Source of the DNA: a virus | Taxonomy: Duplodnaviria > Caudoviricetes | DNA length: 64,000 nt | Strand: one strand, 5' to 3' | Virus record (IMG/VR): IMGVR_UViG_3300046779_001841 | Location: 96,001 to 160,000 of that record | Shown: one piece after another, positions 27,901 to 37,109 of the stretch | Layout: the number at the start of each line of letters is the position of its first letter | How positions within the stretch are numbered: position 1 is the first letter of the stretch | Notes under the pieces: generated by a model | The model's input: the letters and a program-made list of their open reading frames with translations, nothing else | Told to the model about the DNA's origin: nothing | Databases searched by the model: none | Position numbers and translations under genes: made by a program

Positions 27901-30900
27901 GACATAAGACCAGAATCATTAAGATTAAGACCATTAAGAGCAGGTAGATCAGTGAAAGGAGAAGTGTCTGTATAGTTAAAGAAAACATCCCCTTCAAGAC
28001 ATTCATTAGGTGCAGGAGTATTTTGAGAAACAAATTCTTTAATTGGAAGATTTGGGTCGTTTAAAGAAGGATAGTTGTTATCAATGATACTACCTGTTTT
28101 ATAATTAACTTTGACATCAAAGCCAATACGATATTCAAAGAGAGTAGGAGTTTCATTATCAATATCACCACCAGATAAATTTTGGATGATAGTTTGACCA
28201 AATTGTGCAGATAAAGAAGTTTCATTGATGATAGGATTAGTGGTATTCAAGACAACATAGCAACCATTAATAATATCATCAACTTTAGCATTGCGATAAT
28301 CAAAAGAAGTTAAACTGACAATATAATCATTTCTATCTTTAATGGATGTGAAAGAATTATTATCATTACTGATAGCGAGTAAATTGCCTATACTTAGTGG
28401 TGGGATAACAAGATTTGGATTGCCAGATTCAACAGAAAAAGTGCTACCATTTGGATTAGCAGAATGAATAAGTTCATCAGTGTTTGGAAGTCCAGTGTCA
28501 ATATCAATAGGAAAGTCATTTAAAGGCACAGATGAGAGAATGAAAGTAGGATTAGTAGAGATACCATCATAACCAGTGGATGAGTAATCATAGACGAAAT
28601 AAGCACCAGATCGTTTACGAATAGTAAGAGAAGAAATATTGGTGATAGGATTGATGAGTGGATTAGAAACAGAACCTATTCGTTTGCCATAGGTATCAAG
28701 AAAATTGAAATCACCATCAGCGAGGAAATATGCAGATTGCATTTGTTCTGGATAAAGTCTTGAAAAGACACTATCTTTAGCCATAGATTTCCAAACGAAA
28801 AAGATTTGTGCATTGATACCTATAAAAAAGAAATTAGAAATGGTTTTAACATCAGTAAAAACAAGATCATCAATTTGATTATAGATGATAGATTTTTGTT
28901 GTTTGATAAGAGTATCAATTTGACTAGCAGTGAGAAAAGAACCACCAGAAAGATTTCCACTAACAGGGTCGTATGTTACAGATGATTTAATTGGGTCTGT
29001 AGGTAAAAGATAAGTGTTTGGATTTTGAGTATTAAGAATTTCCAGAGCAACATATCTAGGATTTAATTGTCTAGTGAGTGGATCTTCTAAACCTGCACCA
29101 AAATAATCAGAAGATGCTTGGATGATTTCAAATTTAAAAGAACCATCTTGATCACCAACAGAACGATCAAGATCAAGATTTTCAAGATTAGTAATGATTT
29201 GATTTATATCAGATAAGTTTTTACGAGCAATAACATCTTTAGCAAGGTCATCATAAATACCTAAACCAACACCTTTAGGAGTATCAGTAAAAGATTTAGA
29301 TCGACCATTAGTAGTAGATGTGTTCGCATTAAAATTGATTTCAGTTTCATATTCGTCTTGTTCGACTACTCTTAGATAAAATTGATCTTGAGCATTGATA
29401 ACACATTTAGCAAAAAGTTTTTTGCCAGTGTATGGTGATTCGATATATTGATTGAAATTTGCTTTATATGTAGGATAGATCAAACGACCATTGGAAAGAA
29501 AAGGACTTAGGCTTTGTGGTCTAGTATGAAAGAAGAAATAAGAGATACTAGGTTGGATAGAGTGGTTAAGATTTAATTGGATTTCACCAGTGATTTCATT
29601 GATCGAGTAGTCATAATTGACAACTAATTCATTACCGATAGCAACACCAAAATCTGTTTGAAGATATTTAATGAGTTTGTAGTCTTTATCTGATAAGAAA
29701 GGTTTGCCATAAATGATAGTATCACCTTGATTATATACGGGTCTAGCACTAAGAGTGATAACAGGTTCGCTACTAACATCAATACTCAAGACACTGGTAA
29801 AAGTAATAATGGTGCGAGTGGAATCATCAGAAAGTTTGATAGATTTAACTTGATAGCAATCAGTATCTAAAAACATCAGTGTATTTACTTGGATAAAAGA
29901 AGTAAGATCTTCACTAATAGTAATGGTGCTTGATAATGGTTTGGCATTAATGACATGATCTGGATTGCCAGTCAAAGAACTTAAAGCAATAAAGATATTT
30001 TCATTGGAAAGAACATAGATTTTAGGATCATCACTAGGAGATCTTGCACCACTATCAAATTTAGCTGGATTATCAAAAGTTACAGTGGTTTTACCATTGG
30101 CAAAGGTAGCAGTATCTACAACAAAAAATTCGGATGCAGATTTAATAACAGAATTTGATTTGACAATATCAGTAAAGTTGCCATGCAGGATTAAAGAAGA
30201 ACTACCTTTAGAGATTTGCAATAAAGGAAGCCATATAGGATTAACAACTTTAATTGTGTATTCACCACCAACAGATTGTTTAACAGAATATGAGATTTTG
30301 ACTGTGTAGTCATTAGTGTTCGCAGTGGGTAGAGAAAGGATATTTGTAGTGTAATCAAAAGTTGCTGGATCTGAACCAAAAATACCTACAATTTCAGCAC
30401 CTACATAAACTTGTGGAGTAACAGTTTGTTCGATAGTGTAGAGATTTGGATTAAAGCTATATTTAGATGATGAAATTTTGGTTGTTGTTTCATTTTGGAT
30501 AGTGAAAAGAATAGGTTCAACAATTTGAGTGTTTTCATCAGTGTAGTATTCGACTTCAATACCAACACCTTTATCTAAAGGAGATAAGAAAGAGATATTA
30601 CCACCAGTGGTTTCAACAACATAATCATTGGTAGAAATTTCTTCAATGATGTATGCAGGTTTAGATGAGTAAAATTCGCTTGTTGTTTCAGATGAGATCA
30701 ACACTTCAATATTTTCATAAGCCAAAGGAATGAAAATGACATCACCTGTAAGAGATGTTAATGCAGATGATAAAGTGATTTCACCAGTGATGCTATCAAT
30801 AGAAACATCTTGATTAGTATCATCAAAAACAGGTGTGTATAAAGTGTTATCATTACCTACACGAATTTTAAATTCTAAAGCTAAAACTCTTGCATTGGTA

Positions 30901-33458
30901 ATATCAACAAAACATTGATCTGTTGTTAAACCTAAACTTTCATCTTTAAGAACAAGAATATCAGTTTCAGTATTATTAGTGTATCTACCTTTTAAATTGA
31001 CTTCACTAGAACATTTAGCAGTGATGATTTCTTTAAGAGTGCTTGTACCAACAGTATGGATTTTTTTAACTTTAAGAAAAGACTTAACATTATTAAGAGA
31101 AATAAAACATTCAGATGTTAAGAGAGTAGGATCAGGTTCGGAATAACCTTTATATGCTTTCCATGTAGTATCAGTAGGTGTGCTGGATAAAGTGAGTGTA
31201 TCGTTATCTACACTAAGAACTTTAAAGAAATCAGAACCTGTTTGTATCCAATCATTAGTCAAAACAGATTGGTTGTCTTGAACAGTGTATTCATTACCAT
31301 TAATGGTAGCATTATAACCTTGTTCGATTTGTTTGGAATATCGAGTAAAGTATCTTGCGAAACCAGAAATATTGGTATCAAAAGTTTCATTCTCAACAAG
31401 AGTGGTTGAGATTTTATCTTTAGTGACAATAATGGTGGATGATTGATCGACTACACCAGGTTCAAGATCCAGAATATTGGTAGGTGTGTCAATTCGTCTA
31501 GTGCGTGTGATATTTCTAATCCAAGCGAATTTGTTTTCATTAAACAAGTGTTGAATTTCAACATCTGCAGTCAGTGTGTTTTTACCAACTTTAAAGAAAG
31601 TGTTTGCATCATAACCATCATAGTCTTCTCTTGGGATGAAGTCTAAGAAAGCATAAGTGGATTGGATAATTTCTTTGGCAACTTGAATATCATTATAAAG
31701 AATGGTGCTGGTGAAATCATAATCAGCATTATCATCATTTCTTTTTTGAAGATCAAAATAAAGACCTGTTGTTAGATACCAGTCATTAGTAATTTCTTGC
31801 GAAACAAAACCTAAAGACTGCAAAATTTCTAAATCAGATGTATCTAGGATTTGGATAGAAGAACTTGCTTTAAGAACAAGGTATCTGTTTTCTTCTTTGA
31901 GTGGTAGAATATCAAAATGATCTTGAATTTCTAATGCAGATTTAACACCAGTGAAAGTGTTGAAATTAAGATCGTAAGTATCACCATCAATAAGAAGTCT
32001 TAGGTAACCACCAGTGATAGTATATTTATCTTGTTTAGCGGAATAGATGCGAAAATCTGCATCATCGTTATATTTGGAATATGTTTTAAGTGGGATAGCA
32101 CTTTGAACGAAATAAAGATCTCTATCTCTATCTTGTTGAAAAGATAAGAAAGTGGATTTAAATTCAATATTGATTGTGAAATCAATATTTTTGACGAGTG
32201 TGATATATGCTTTAGACCATTTCAATTCATTAGGTAAATCACCATAGGTAGCATAAACATTTGCACTAATAAGATCGCCTACATTATTGATAACATAATT
32301 GTTCTTATTTTGAATTGCAATTTTTAAACCACTGCCATCAGGTCTTGAACTTGTAGGCTCTGCACCTGTAGGTATGCAACCAGTACCATCAGCAAGAACA
32401 TCGAAACCTGCAGTGTAGTCAGTCTTAGGATAGATTTTGCCATTTTCAATTAAAACAGGAGAAACAAAAGAAATAGGTTTAGAACTCAACACAAGACCAT
32501 CATAATATAAAACATATTGATTTGGATTGAGAAGAGAAACTTTACCTGTTTGTTTGCTAATGTATGCGATACCTTTATTTTGAGAAGTAGGCATATCATC
32601 ATCAGTATCATAAAATTGAATATCCAGATATTGTCTATTTCCCAATCTTAAAAGTGGTGTTTCAAAACCTTGTGGTTTAGGTGAAAGATAATAAGTATCA
32701 TAAATAGGATGAACAATACCATCCAAGACATCTAGTGATTCATTAAAAAACCAAATTTCTTTACCTGCATTTGCAGTAACATATTCATCTTTGAATTGAA
32801 CTTTATTTTCATCAACAAAAATGACTGCATCGAAAGAAGTATCAAAAGAGAAAGGATCAGGTTTAACAGAGAATTTTTTTGTAGTGGTAGCGAGTAAATC
32901 TTGACCAATAAAAATAAGATTAACAAAGACATCATCTTCATCAACAATACCTTTAGGTAAAGAGAATGTAGAAGTGTCTTGAGATAAGATACCTAAGCTA
33001 ACAGGAGAACCACCTTTTAAGAGTTTCCAATTTTGACCATCCCATTCAAATCGTTGTTTGGAAAGATCATTTCTAGTCCAGTGGAATAAAGGTTCTTCAA
33101 GAATGAAATCTGCATAAGTAAGATTGTTATCTAAAGAATAGAAAAGATTAGGTTTAAGAAATTTAGTGTTTGGATTTACTGCATGAGAAATAGCATCATA
33201 AGTTTGAACTTTGTATTCATAGTAGTTTTCATCGTCTTGGATGCCAGTAGCAATAATAGAGTAATTGCGAGTAGGATTAGAAGACCAAGCAATTTTGGAA
33301 TTATTGATAGAAATGAGAAGGTATTCAACTTGACCCTGATCAAAACAAAGAGTGCCTTGACGATAGGCATCACGATTGCCAATAAATCTAGTAGCAAGAC
33401 TTGTAGTAGATTGATTAGTGTTGGCATTTTTTGTATCTAAAATGATTTTACTAGACAT
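24915..33458 (-). CDS. giant (2847 aa) probable virion tail/baseplate-associated protein
   Basis: uninterrupted ORF rich in S/T/D/N with beta-strand-like patterns; no enzyme motif recognised. Confidence 0.55.
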   Translation of the reverse strand: MSSKIILDTKNANTNQSTTSLATRFIGNRDAYRQGTLCFDQGQVEYLLISINNSKIAWSSNPTRNYSIIATGIQDDENYYEYKVQTYDAISHAVNPNTKFLKPNLFYSLDNNLTYADFILEEPLFHWTRNDLSKQRFEWDGQNWKLLKGGSPVSLGILSQDTSTFSLPKGIVDEDDVFVNLIFIGQDLLATTTKKFSVKPDPFSFDTSFDAVIFVDENKVQFKDEYVTANAGKEIWFFNESLDVLDGIVHPIYDTYYLSPKPQGFETPLLRLGNRQYLDIQFYDTDDDMPTSQNKGIAYISKQTGKVSLLNPNQYVLYYDGLVLSSKPISFVSPVLIENGKIYPKTDYTAGFDVLADGTGCIPTGAEPTSSRPDGSGLKIAIQNKNNYVINNVGDLISANVYATYGDLPNELKWSKAYITLVKNIDFTINIEFKSTFLSFQQDRDRDLYFVQSAIPLKTYSKYNDDADFRIYSAKQDKYTITGGYLRLLIDGDTYDLNFNTFTGVKSALEIQDHFDILPLKEENRYLVLKASSSIQILDTSDLEILQSLGFVSQEITNDWYLTTGLYFDLQKRNDDNADYDFTSTILYNDIQVAKEIIQSTYAFLDFIPREDYDGYDANTFFKVGKNTLTADVEIQHLFNENKFAWIRNITRTRRIDTPTNILDLEPGVVDQSSTIIVTKDKISTTLVENETFDTNISGFARYFTRYSKQIEQGYNATINGNEYTVQDNQSVLTNDWIQTGSDFFKVLSVDNDTLTLSSTPTDTTWKAYKGYSEPDPTLLTSECFISLNNVKSFLKVKKIHTVGTSTLKEIITAKCSSEVNLKGRYTNNTETDILVLKDESLGLTTDQCFVDITNARVLALEFKIRVGNDNTLYTPVFDDTNQDVSIDSITGEITLSSALTSLTGDVIFIPLAYENIEVLISSETTSEFYSSKPAYIIEEISTNDYVVETTGGNISFLSPLDKGVGIEVEYYTDENTQIVEPILFTIQNETTTKISSSKYSFNPNLYTIEQTVTPQVYVGAEIVGIFGSDPATFDYTTNILSLPTANTNDYTVKISYSVKQSVGGEYTIKVVNPIWLPLLQISKGSSSLILHGNFTDIVKSNSVIKSASEFFVVDTATFANGKTTVTFDNPAKFDSGARSPSDDPKIYVLSNENIFIALSSLTGNPDHVINAKPLSSTITISEDLTSFIQVNTLMFLDTDCYQVKSIKLSDDSTRTIITFTSVLSIDVSSEPVITLSARPVYNQGDTIIYGKPFLSDKDYKLIKYLQTDFGVAIGNELVVNYDYSINEITGEIQLNLNHSIQPSISYFFFHTRPQSLSPFLSNGRLIYPTYKANFNQYIESPYTGKKLFAKCVINAQDQFYLRVVEQDEYETEINFNANTSTTNGRSKSFTDTPKGVGLGIYDDLAKDVIARKNLSDINQIITNLENLDLDRSVGDQDGSFKFEIIQASSDYFGAGLEDPLTRQLNPRYVALEILNTQNPNTYLLPTDPIKSSVTYDPVSGNLSGGSFLTASQIDTLIKQQKSIIYNQIDDLVFTDVKTISNFFFIGINAQIFFVWKSMAKDSVFSRLYPEQMQSAYFLADGDFNFLDTYGKRIGSVSNPLINPITNISSLTIRKRSGAYFVYDYSSTGYDGISTNPTFILSSVPLNDFPIDIDTGLPNTDELIHSANPNGSTFSVESGNPNLVIPPLSIGNLLAISNDNNSFTSIKDRNDYIVSLTSFDYRNAKVDDIINGCYVVLNTTNPIINETSLSAQFGQTIIQNLSGGDIDNETPTLFEYRIGFDVKVNYKTGSIIDNNYPSLNDPNLPIKEFVSQNTPAPNECLEGDVFFNYTDTSPFTDLPALNGLNLNDSGLMSIPYANINGKERLLLNTLTRDIKAIIYKEYSGNLVYPDETRFDLDIDTTNGILLSNINPTDTNDLIIIKTHGFFQSSDDSELIVPRLNIQSNDNVEYKISNFITGEEFIVYSPTIISVFPVTIYQYRLKFIPPASNYDFTSLFNTQQTPIIFKFIQSSTITNSCVRFSYSGSWSVQTSISSPTNYNISNLDLSTINEIKFQSTSVIFPSIDIPFNTMIPFTCSLDDFHYDTNLTINQDRCSITHSFIDFSYFSPTNTTIDSVNVQTELIIGVTDISYFDLNLSTPSTQSISSNSSFSANASQPFTFYNNPSTHTLKIPSFFGKGNTPLSYDNISGNLFTSAKVDQISNLPSNYTAYFHHSSNSDYYATLFNISNTIDNVLPNDLVFFNGISLIGIVQETALNPTININLNPSFPTFSSATNSQISLIDTFDTSSFTNPIIFIQIDADSTIYKCTYSSYNPSTNIISLSSISSYDYATNTATPIVTPITLSSGYITGQTIVPFDNFSSSFPFDNDATIQNHTMSFNDNVTLSNNKIQFNITIPQPYTLFLRSHITTCTLTYSIQTPAIKLNTTAPALLNANLSVDNTSTLSTNYLNNINTYLFPTFPTLPNNLTLPVSFSIRRSRRFDQKFSSFQADYIKNFYLRIETKPSSLSIINPFLTSFNNPSNIDALSIGDILYYQDTPFARITEILSTSFTALIFDHSVSLSASYTYYSFKQDHKPIEQSLIQLINNSLITSLSSTYTDTVSVLNTNQFILPLSIDIDTIQTDQYLFVYPNELGEARSSTTHPTLDDNRGLYLITDIDTNTRILTLDPVIGTDYLIYDNAYPTDYSFDLIPTIDIPIQQWSILSLNNKDLSLIVYLLYERLMSYVYNLSSLYASKPYLSTWQDFFNAGYQSSSDPDVLGIDDTTTITNPQFLSVIGNVDTLPYTPTAQRLSILDRRYYIEDPFLILDGYLTDLPSALKSFLEDTIDANNLRSDRNYWLNIRTNKIYGTLK

Positions 33459-33464
33459 AAAAGA

Positions 33465-34025
33465 TTATCCTATTTTACAGATGATAGGTGATGCAGAAGG
33501 GACGATACTTGCAGAACCAACAACAACACCAGCACCTGTACCTGTGAGAAACAAGTTACTGATACTAAGAGCGAAAGAATTTAAAACTAAAGGATTTGGA
33601 TTAGGAATACCACTAGCAGGAAAAGATGTTTGAAGACTTGCCAATAATGTTGGATAAGGTGCAATAATATTAACAACAGCACAAGCACCAGTACCTACAA
33701 GAGGACTAAGACCAGAGAATTGCATAGGTAGAGTGCTTAGGCAAGTAGCGATAGCAGAAGCCATAGCAGTCGCATTAGCACTAACAATACCATTAGCAGT
33801 GAAACCAGAGATAGCTAAAGGTGTGTTTGGAATGATAAGAATTTTACCATTAGCAGAACCAACACCAAGAGTACCAGTGCAGGCAACATTTACAAAGACT
33901 GAAGAATTAATCCAATTAAAAATACCAAGACCAAGAGCAGTAGTAGTTAAGACCCAGCTTTGACCTTTAAGAGTAGGACTACTAGCAAGTAAAGTAGAAG
34001 CAATAATTGCTGGTGAAATTGCCAT
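33465..34025 (-). CDS. Gly/Ala/Ser-rich probable virion protein
   Basis: start reset to MAISPA after AAAGGA; co-oriented with the giant ORF. Confidence 0.55.
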   Translation of the reverse strand: MAISPAIIASTLLASSPTLKGQSWVLTTTALGLGIFNWINSSVFVNVACTGTLGVGSANGKILIIPNTPLAISGFTANGIVSANATAMASAIATCLSTLPMQFSGLSPLVGTGACAVVNIIAPYPTLLASLQTSFPASGIPNPNPLVLNSFALSISNLFLTGTGAGVVVGSASIVPSASPIICKIG

Positions 34026-34103
34026 GTGTGTAAAAATCCTTTGTATTATATTTATATTATATATGTAATGTATATAAAGCATACACAAACAAAGGTTAAA
34101 AAA

Positions 34104-35393
34104 ATGAAATATGCAAATGATGAGAAAGCCCAAATTGAAAAAGCATTATGGGAAGTAGTGAAAACTGCATCAATGGCATTGATGAGATTAAATAAGATGA
34201 GTGGTGAAGAAGAAATTATTGAAGAAGAAAAACCAACCAAACTTGCAAAAAAGGTAGAAGAAATGCCACCTGTTCAAAAAACATTATCAATGGCTGATAG
34301 GATAGCATCTTTGAGAAATCGTAATCTTGAAGAAAGAAAAGTGATGCCTACAAGACAACCAGAAGAAAAAAAAGTAGTGCAGGTAAAGAAAGCGAGTTTG
34401 ACGGATGATAAGATCAAATCATTTGCAACAAGGATAGGAAATGAGATTTCATCTAAAGTGAAAGATGAAGAATATGATTTAAGAGTATTATTTAAGCAAT
34501 CGAATACATGGAATGAGATCAAAGATATGATTGATAGTAATTCAATTAAATCAGTGGTATCATCAGTGAATGAATTTATACAAGATAAGTTAGATCAGAA
34601 GTATGCACAAGAAGTAGAACAAGCGAAGAAGAAACAGGCATTATTAAAACAAAAAGAAGCCTTATTGAAACAAGCAGAAGAGCAAAAGCAATTAGAATTA
34701 GTGGAAGCTAGAAAGCAAAAACTAGCGAATAGTATTAAATCACAAAAGAATGTGATCATGGCATCAATCATTAAAGAGATGAAGCCCTTTGTAAAGGTAG
34801 GCAACATGAATACGATTAATGTAGCATTACAGAAGTCTGCAACATGGCAAAGTGTGAAATCTACATTAGCGAACCAAACAGAAAGAAATGCTTTCTTTAG
34901 TGAAATGATCCAACAATCTGGATTTTTAAATAAACAATCTGATTTCCAAAGAGATGTTATACCACCGAACAGAGATAGTTTTTCTACAGGTGTTCAAACA
35001 AATAGAGGAGTAGATAATTTCAAAGGTAAAGAAAGTGTGCCTAAAGGTTATTCAGATGATATAGGTTCAACTGCACCCGATTCACCAGTGAATAAGACAT
35101 TGAATTTAGATAGGTCGGATAGTCATGGTAGAACACCAGCAACTGCATTAAATAATATAACAGAAGTAGTGCAAAGTGGTGGTTCAGCTAAAGTCATTCC
35201 AGAAAATAAAGGATATGCAAATAATTCATCACCATTAAGACAAGCAGGTGAAGATGAATTAGAGAATTTATGGTCTACTGAAGAAGTAGGTGAAGAAGAA
35301 GATTTAGATGAAATGGAATCGGAATTTGAACAAGAGATAGAAGGTGGAATGGATGATGAAGAATTGGATGATGATGATTTTTTTAATGATTAA
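34104..35393 (+). CDS. charged coiled-coil protein with acidic tail, possibly head/scaffold-associated
   Basis: start reset to 34104; MADRIASLR, KTAS and KKAS motifs. Confidence 0.6.
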   Translation: MKYANDEKAQIEKALWEVVKTASMALMRLNKMSGEEEIIEEEKPTKLAKKVEEMPPVQKTLSMADRIASLRNRNLEERKVMPTRQPEEKKVVQVKKASLTDDKIKSFATRIGNEISSKVKDEEYDLRVLFKQSNTWNEIKDMIDSNSIKSVVSSVNEFIQDKLDQKYAQEVEQAKKKQALLKQKEALLKQAEEQKQLELVEARKQKLANSIKSQKNVIMASIIKEMKPFVKVGNMNTINVALQKSATWQSVKSTLANQTERNAFFSEMIQQSGFLNKQSDFQRDVIPPNRDSFSTGVQTNRGVDNFKGKESVPKGYSDDIGSTAPDSPVNKTLNLDRSDSHGRTPATALNNITEVVQSGGSAKVIPENKGYANNSSPLRQAGEDELENLWSTEEVGEEEDLDEMESEFEQEIEGGMDDEELDDDDFFND

Positions 35394-35686
35394 CCTTTAT
35401 TGTTTCTATGTTGTTCACACATAGCTTTGAAACTTGCAAGACCATCTTTCCATTCTTGACTACTATAATCAGTAGTATCTTCTTCAATTTGATATTCATC
35501 TTGTTTTTCAACTGGATCACAATACCAATCACTGCTATCAATATCTCTTAAAGACCATTCATCTGTTTGAGTAGTTTGAGCAGTCATTTCATGCCAAGCT
35601 GGTGGTGCAGGATGATCTGCAATGTTAGACCAGTTGAAAGTAGGAAGATCAGTAGTCCAAGTGTTTTTTTCATTTTGCTTTGTCAT
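35390..35686 (-). CDS. hypothetical protein
   Basis: 98 aa, behind a 49-bp element. Confidence 0.7.
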   Translation of the reverse strand: MTKQNEKNTWTTDLPTFNWSNIADHPAPPAWHEMTAQTTQTDEWSLRDIDSSDWYCDPVEKQDEYQIEEDTTDYSSQEWKDGLASFKAMCEQHRNNKG

Positions 35687-35708
35687 TTTTAAATCCTTTG
35701 TTTAGGTT

Positions 35709-35757
35709 TTCATTTCTCACATATATATAACACTTGTGACTTAGCTATCTTTGCAAC
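35709..35757 (-). promoter_or_regulatory. 49-bp element (dyad degenerate)
   Basis: TTGCAAAGATAGC and AAGTGTTAT conserved. Confidence 0.75.
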
Positions 35758-36516
35758 CTATGCAAAAAATTTTTTAATAAAATAATGTAGTGGTTCTCTA
35801 CCATATTGATAATGCAATCCATATTGATAATATGTAAATGGTGTTAGCTTGTTTAAATCTTTAAGAACAGAACCATAGCTATAAATCATAAGATCATGTA
35901 AATCATCCATTGTAGGCTTTGCATCTAATCTAACTAAATCTGCTTCTACTTGAATTGCAATTTGTAGTTGCTTAAAAATCCATTGTTGTGCATCATAGGT
36001 GAGTTTCACATCTTCAAGTTTCTTTAAAAGAATATCACCTAAAGATAGATAATAAAAAGTGAAAAAATAAGGATCTTCGCTTTCAAGATATTTAGAAATA
36101 CAATAATCCAATGTATCAAATTGTGTCTTGTCTTTAAGTCTATCATGTAGAGTAGTTGGACATAAAACACAATTAGTTCCATTGTCTTTAAAAGAACCTA
36201 CACCACTTTCTAAAAGTGGGATAGAACCAATCTCAACATCTGTAGGATATAGAATATTATGATCTAATCCAGATGCTCGTAAATCAGTCATCCAAGTTGC
36301 ATCTGCATTATATAACATAAAAGCATAAAGAGATTTATATTCGCAATCTTTGAGTTCAAAACTTGTATGGTGTTGAATAACTTCAAGCCATGTTTCCGAA
36401 GTGCGAAAGAAATCTGGATTTGCAGTTTGGATAATGTATTTAATCCATTCAATATCATTTTCTCTAAATTTTTCAAGAAGGATTTGTTGTGCTTTTTCAT
36501 ATAAGTAATTTGACAT
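35758..36516 (-). CDS. hypothetical protein
   Basis: 252 aa, AAAGG RBS. Confidence 0.7.
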   Translation of the reverse strand: MSNYLYEKAQQILLEKFRENDIEWIKYIIQTANPDFFRTSETWLEVIQHHTSFELKDCEYKSLYAFMLYNADATWMTDLRASGLDHNILYPTDVEIGSIPLLESGVGSFKDNGTNCVLCPTTLHDRLKDKTQFDTLDYCISKYLESEDPYFFTFYYLSLGDILLKKLEDVKLTYDAQQWIFKQLQIAIQVEADLVRLDAKPTMDDLHDLMIYSYGSVLKDLNKLTPFTYYQYGLHYQYGREPLHYFIKKFFA

Positions 36517-36641
36517 AAGACACCTTTCATGTGTGTGTGTTGTATTTGCTTATATGAAAAGAAATACGATTTACATTTTTCAATAATGTTTTTATTTTTT
36601 TCTTTGTTGTAGAAAATTCAAATGAAAAGGATTAAGAAATC

Positions 36642-37109
36642 ATGAATCACTACCAAGCCATTAGAAAAGCCATGCAACAAAGAGTATCTGCAGATAGGAA
36701 TATTCCAAAATATGTTCAAGATAAGGCAGAATTTTTTGAAAAAGAAAAAGGTTATGAACCTGGTTATGCTTTTAGCACTGCATGGAGTATTTATTGCAAA
36801 TATAAAAACCCTGGTGATAAAGTCCATTGTAAAAAAGAACCAAGTGAATATTTTTCTAAAAAAGCAGGTGCAGTAAAGAATATGATCATGGATGTGATAT
36901 TCGATGCGATTGAATATGTAGAAAAGTTTAGCAAGAAATCTATTGATGAAGATGGAGAAGTCTTTGATCTTACACAAGAATATGTTATGGATGGTTTTAG
37001 TTCAATGACTGAAGCAAGACTTGAAAGATTATTGAAACAAAAAGGTGTGAGTAGCACGATCATTAATAATTATATGAATAAAATTCAACATGAATTACAA
37101 GAGATTTAG
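36642..37109 (+). CDS. hypothetical late protein
   Basis: AFSTAWSIYCKYKNP...HC motif; KKAG. Confidence 0.65.
   Translation: MNHYQAIRKAMQQRVSADRNIPKYVQDKAEFFEKEKGYEPGYAFSTAWSIYCKYKNPGDKVHCKKEPSEYFSKKAGAVKNMIMDVIFDAIEYVEKFSKKSIDEDGEVFDLTQEYVMDGFSSMTEARLERLLKQKGVSSTIINNYMNKIQHELQEI

Noticed and set aside
25193-33440. Many 60-160 aa Leu/Ile-rich or Arg/Ile-rich ORFs overlapping the giant gene, and similar ones at 4161-5993
   Set aside because: Shadow ORFs caused by extreme strand skew; they overlap a coherent long ORF and lack RBS.
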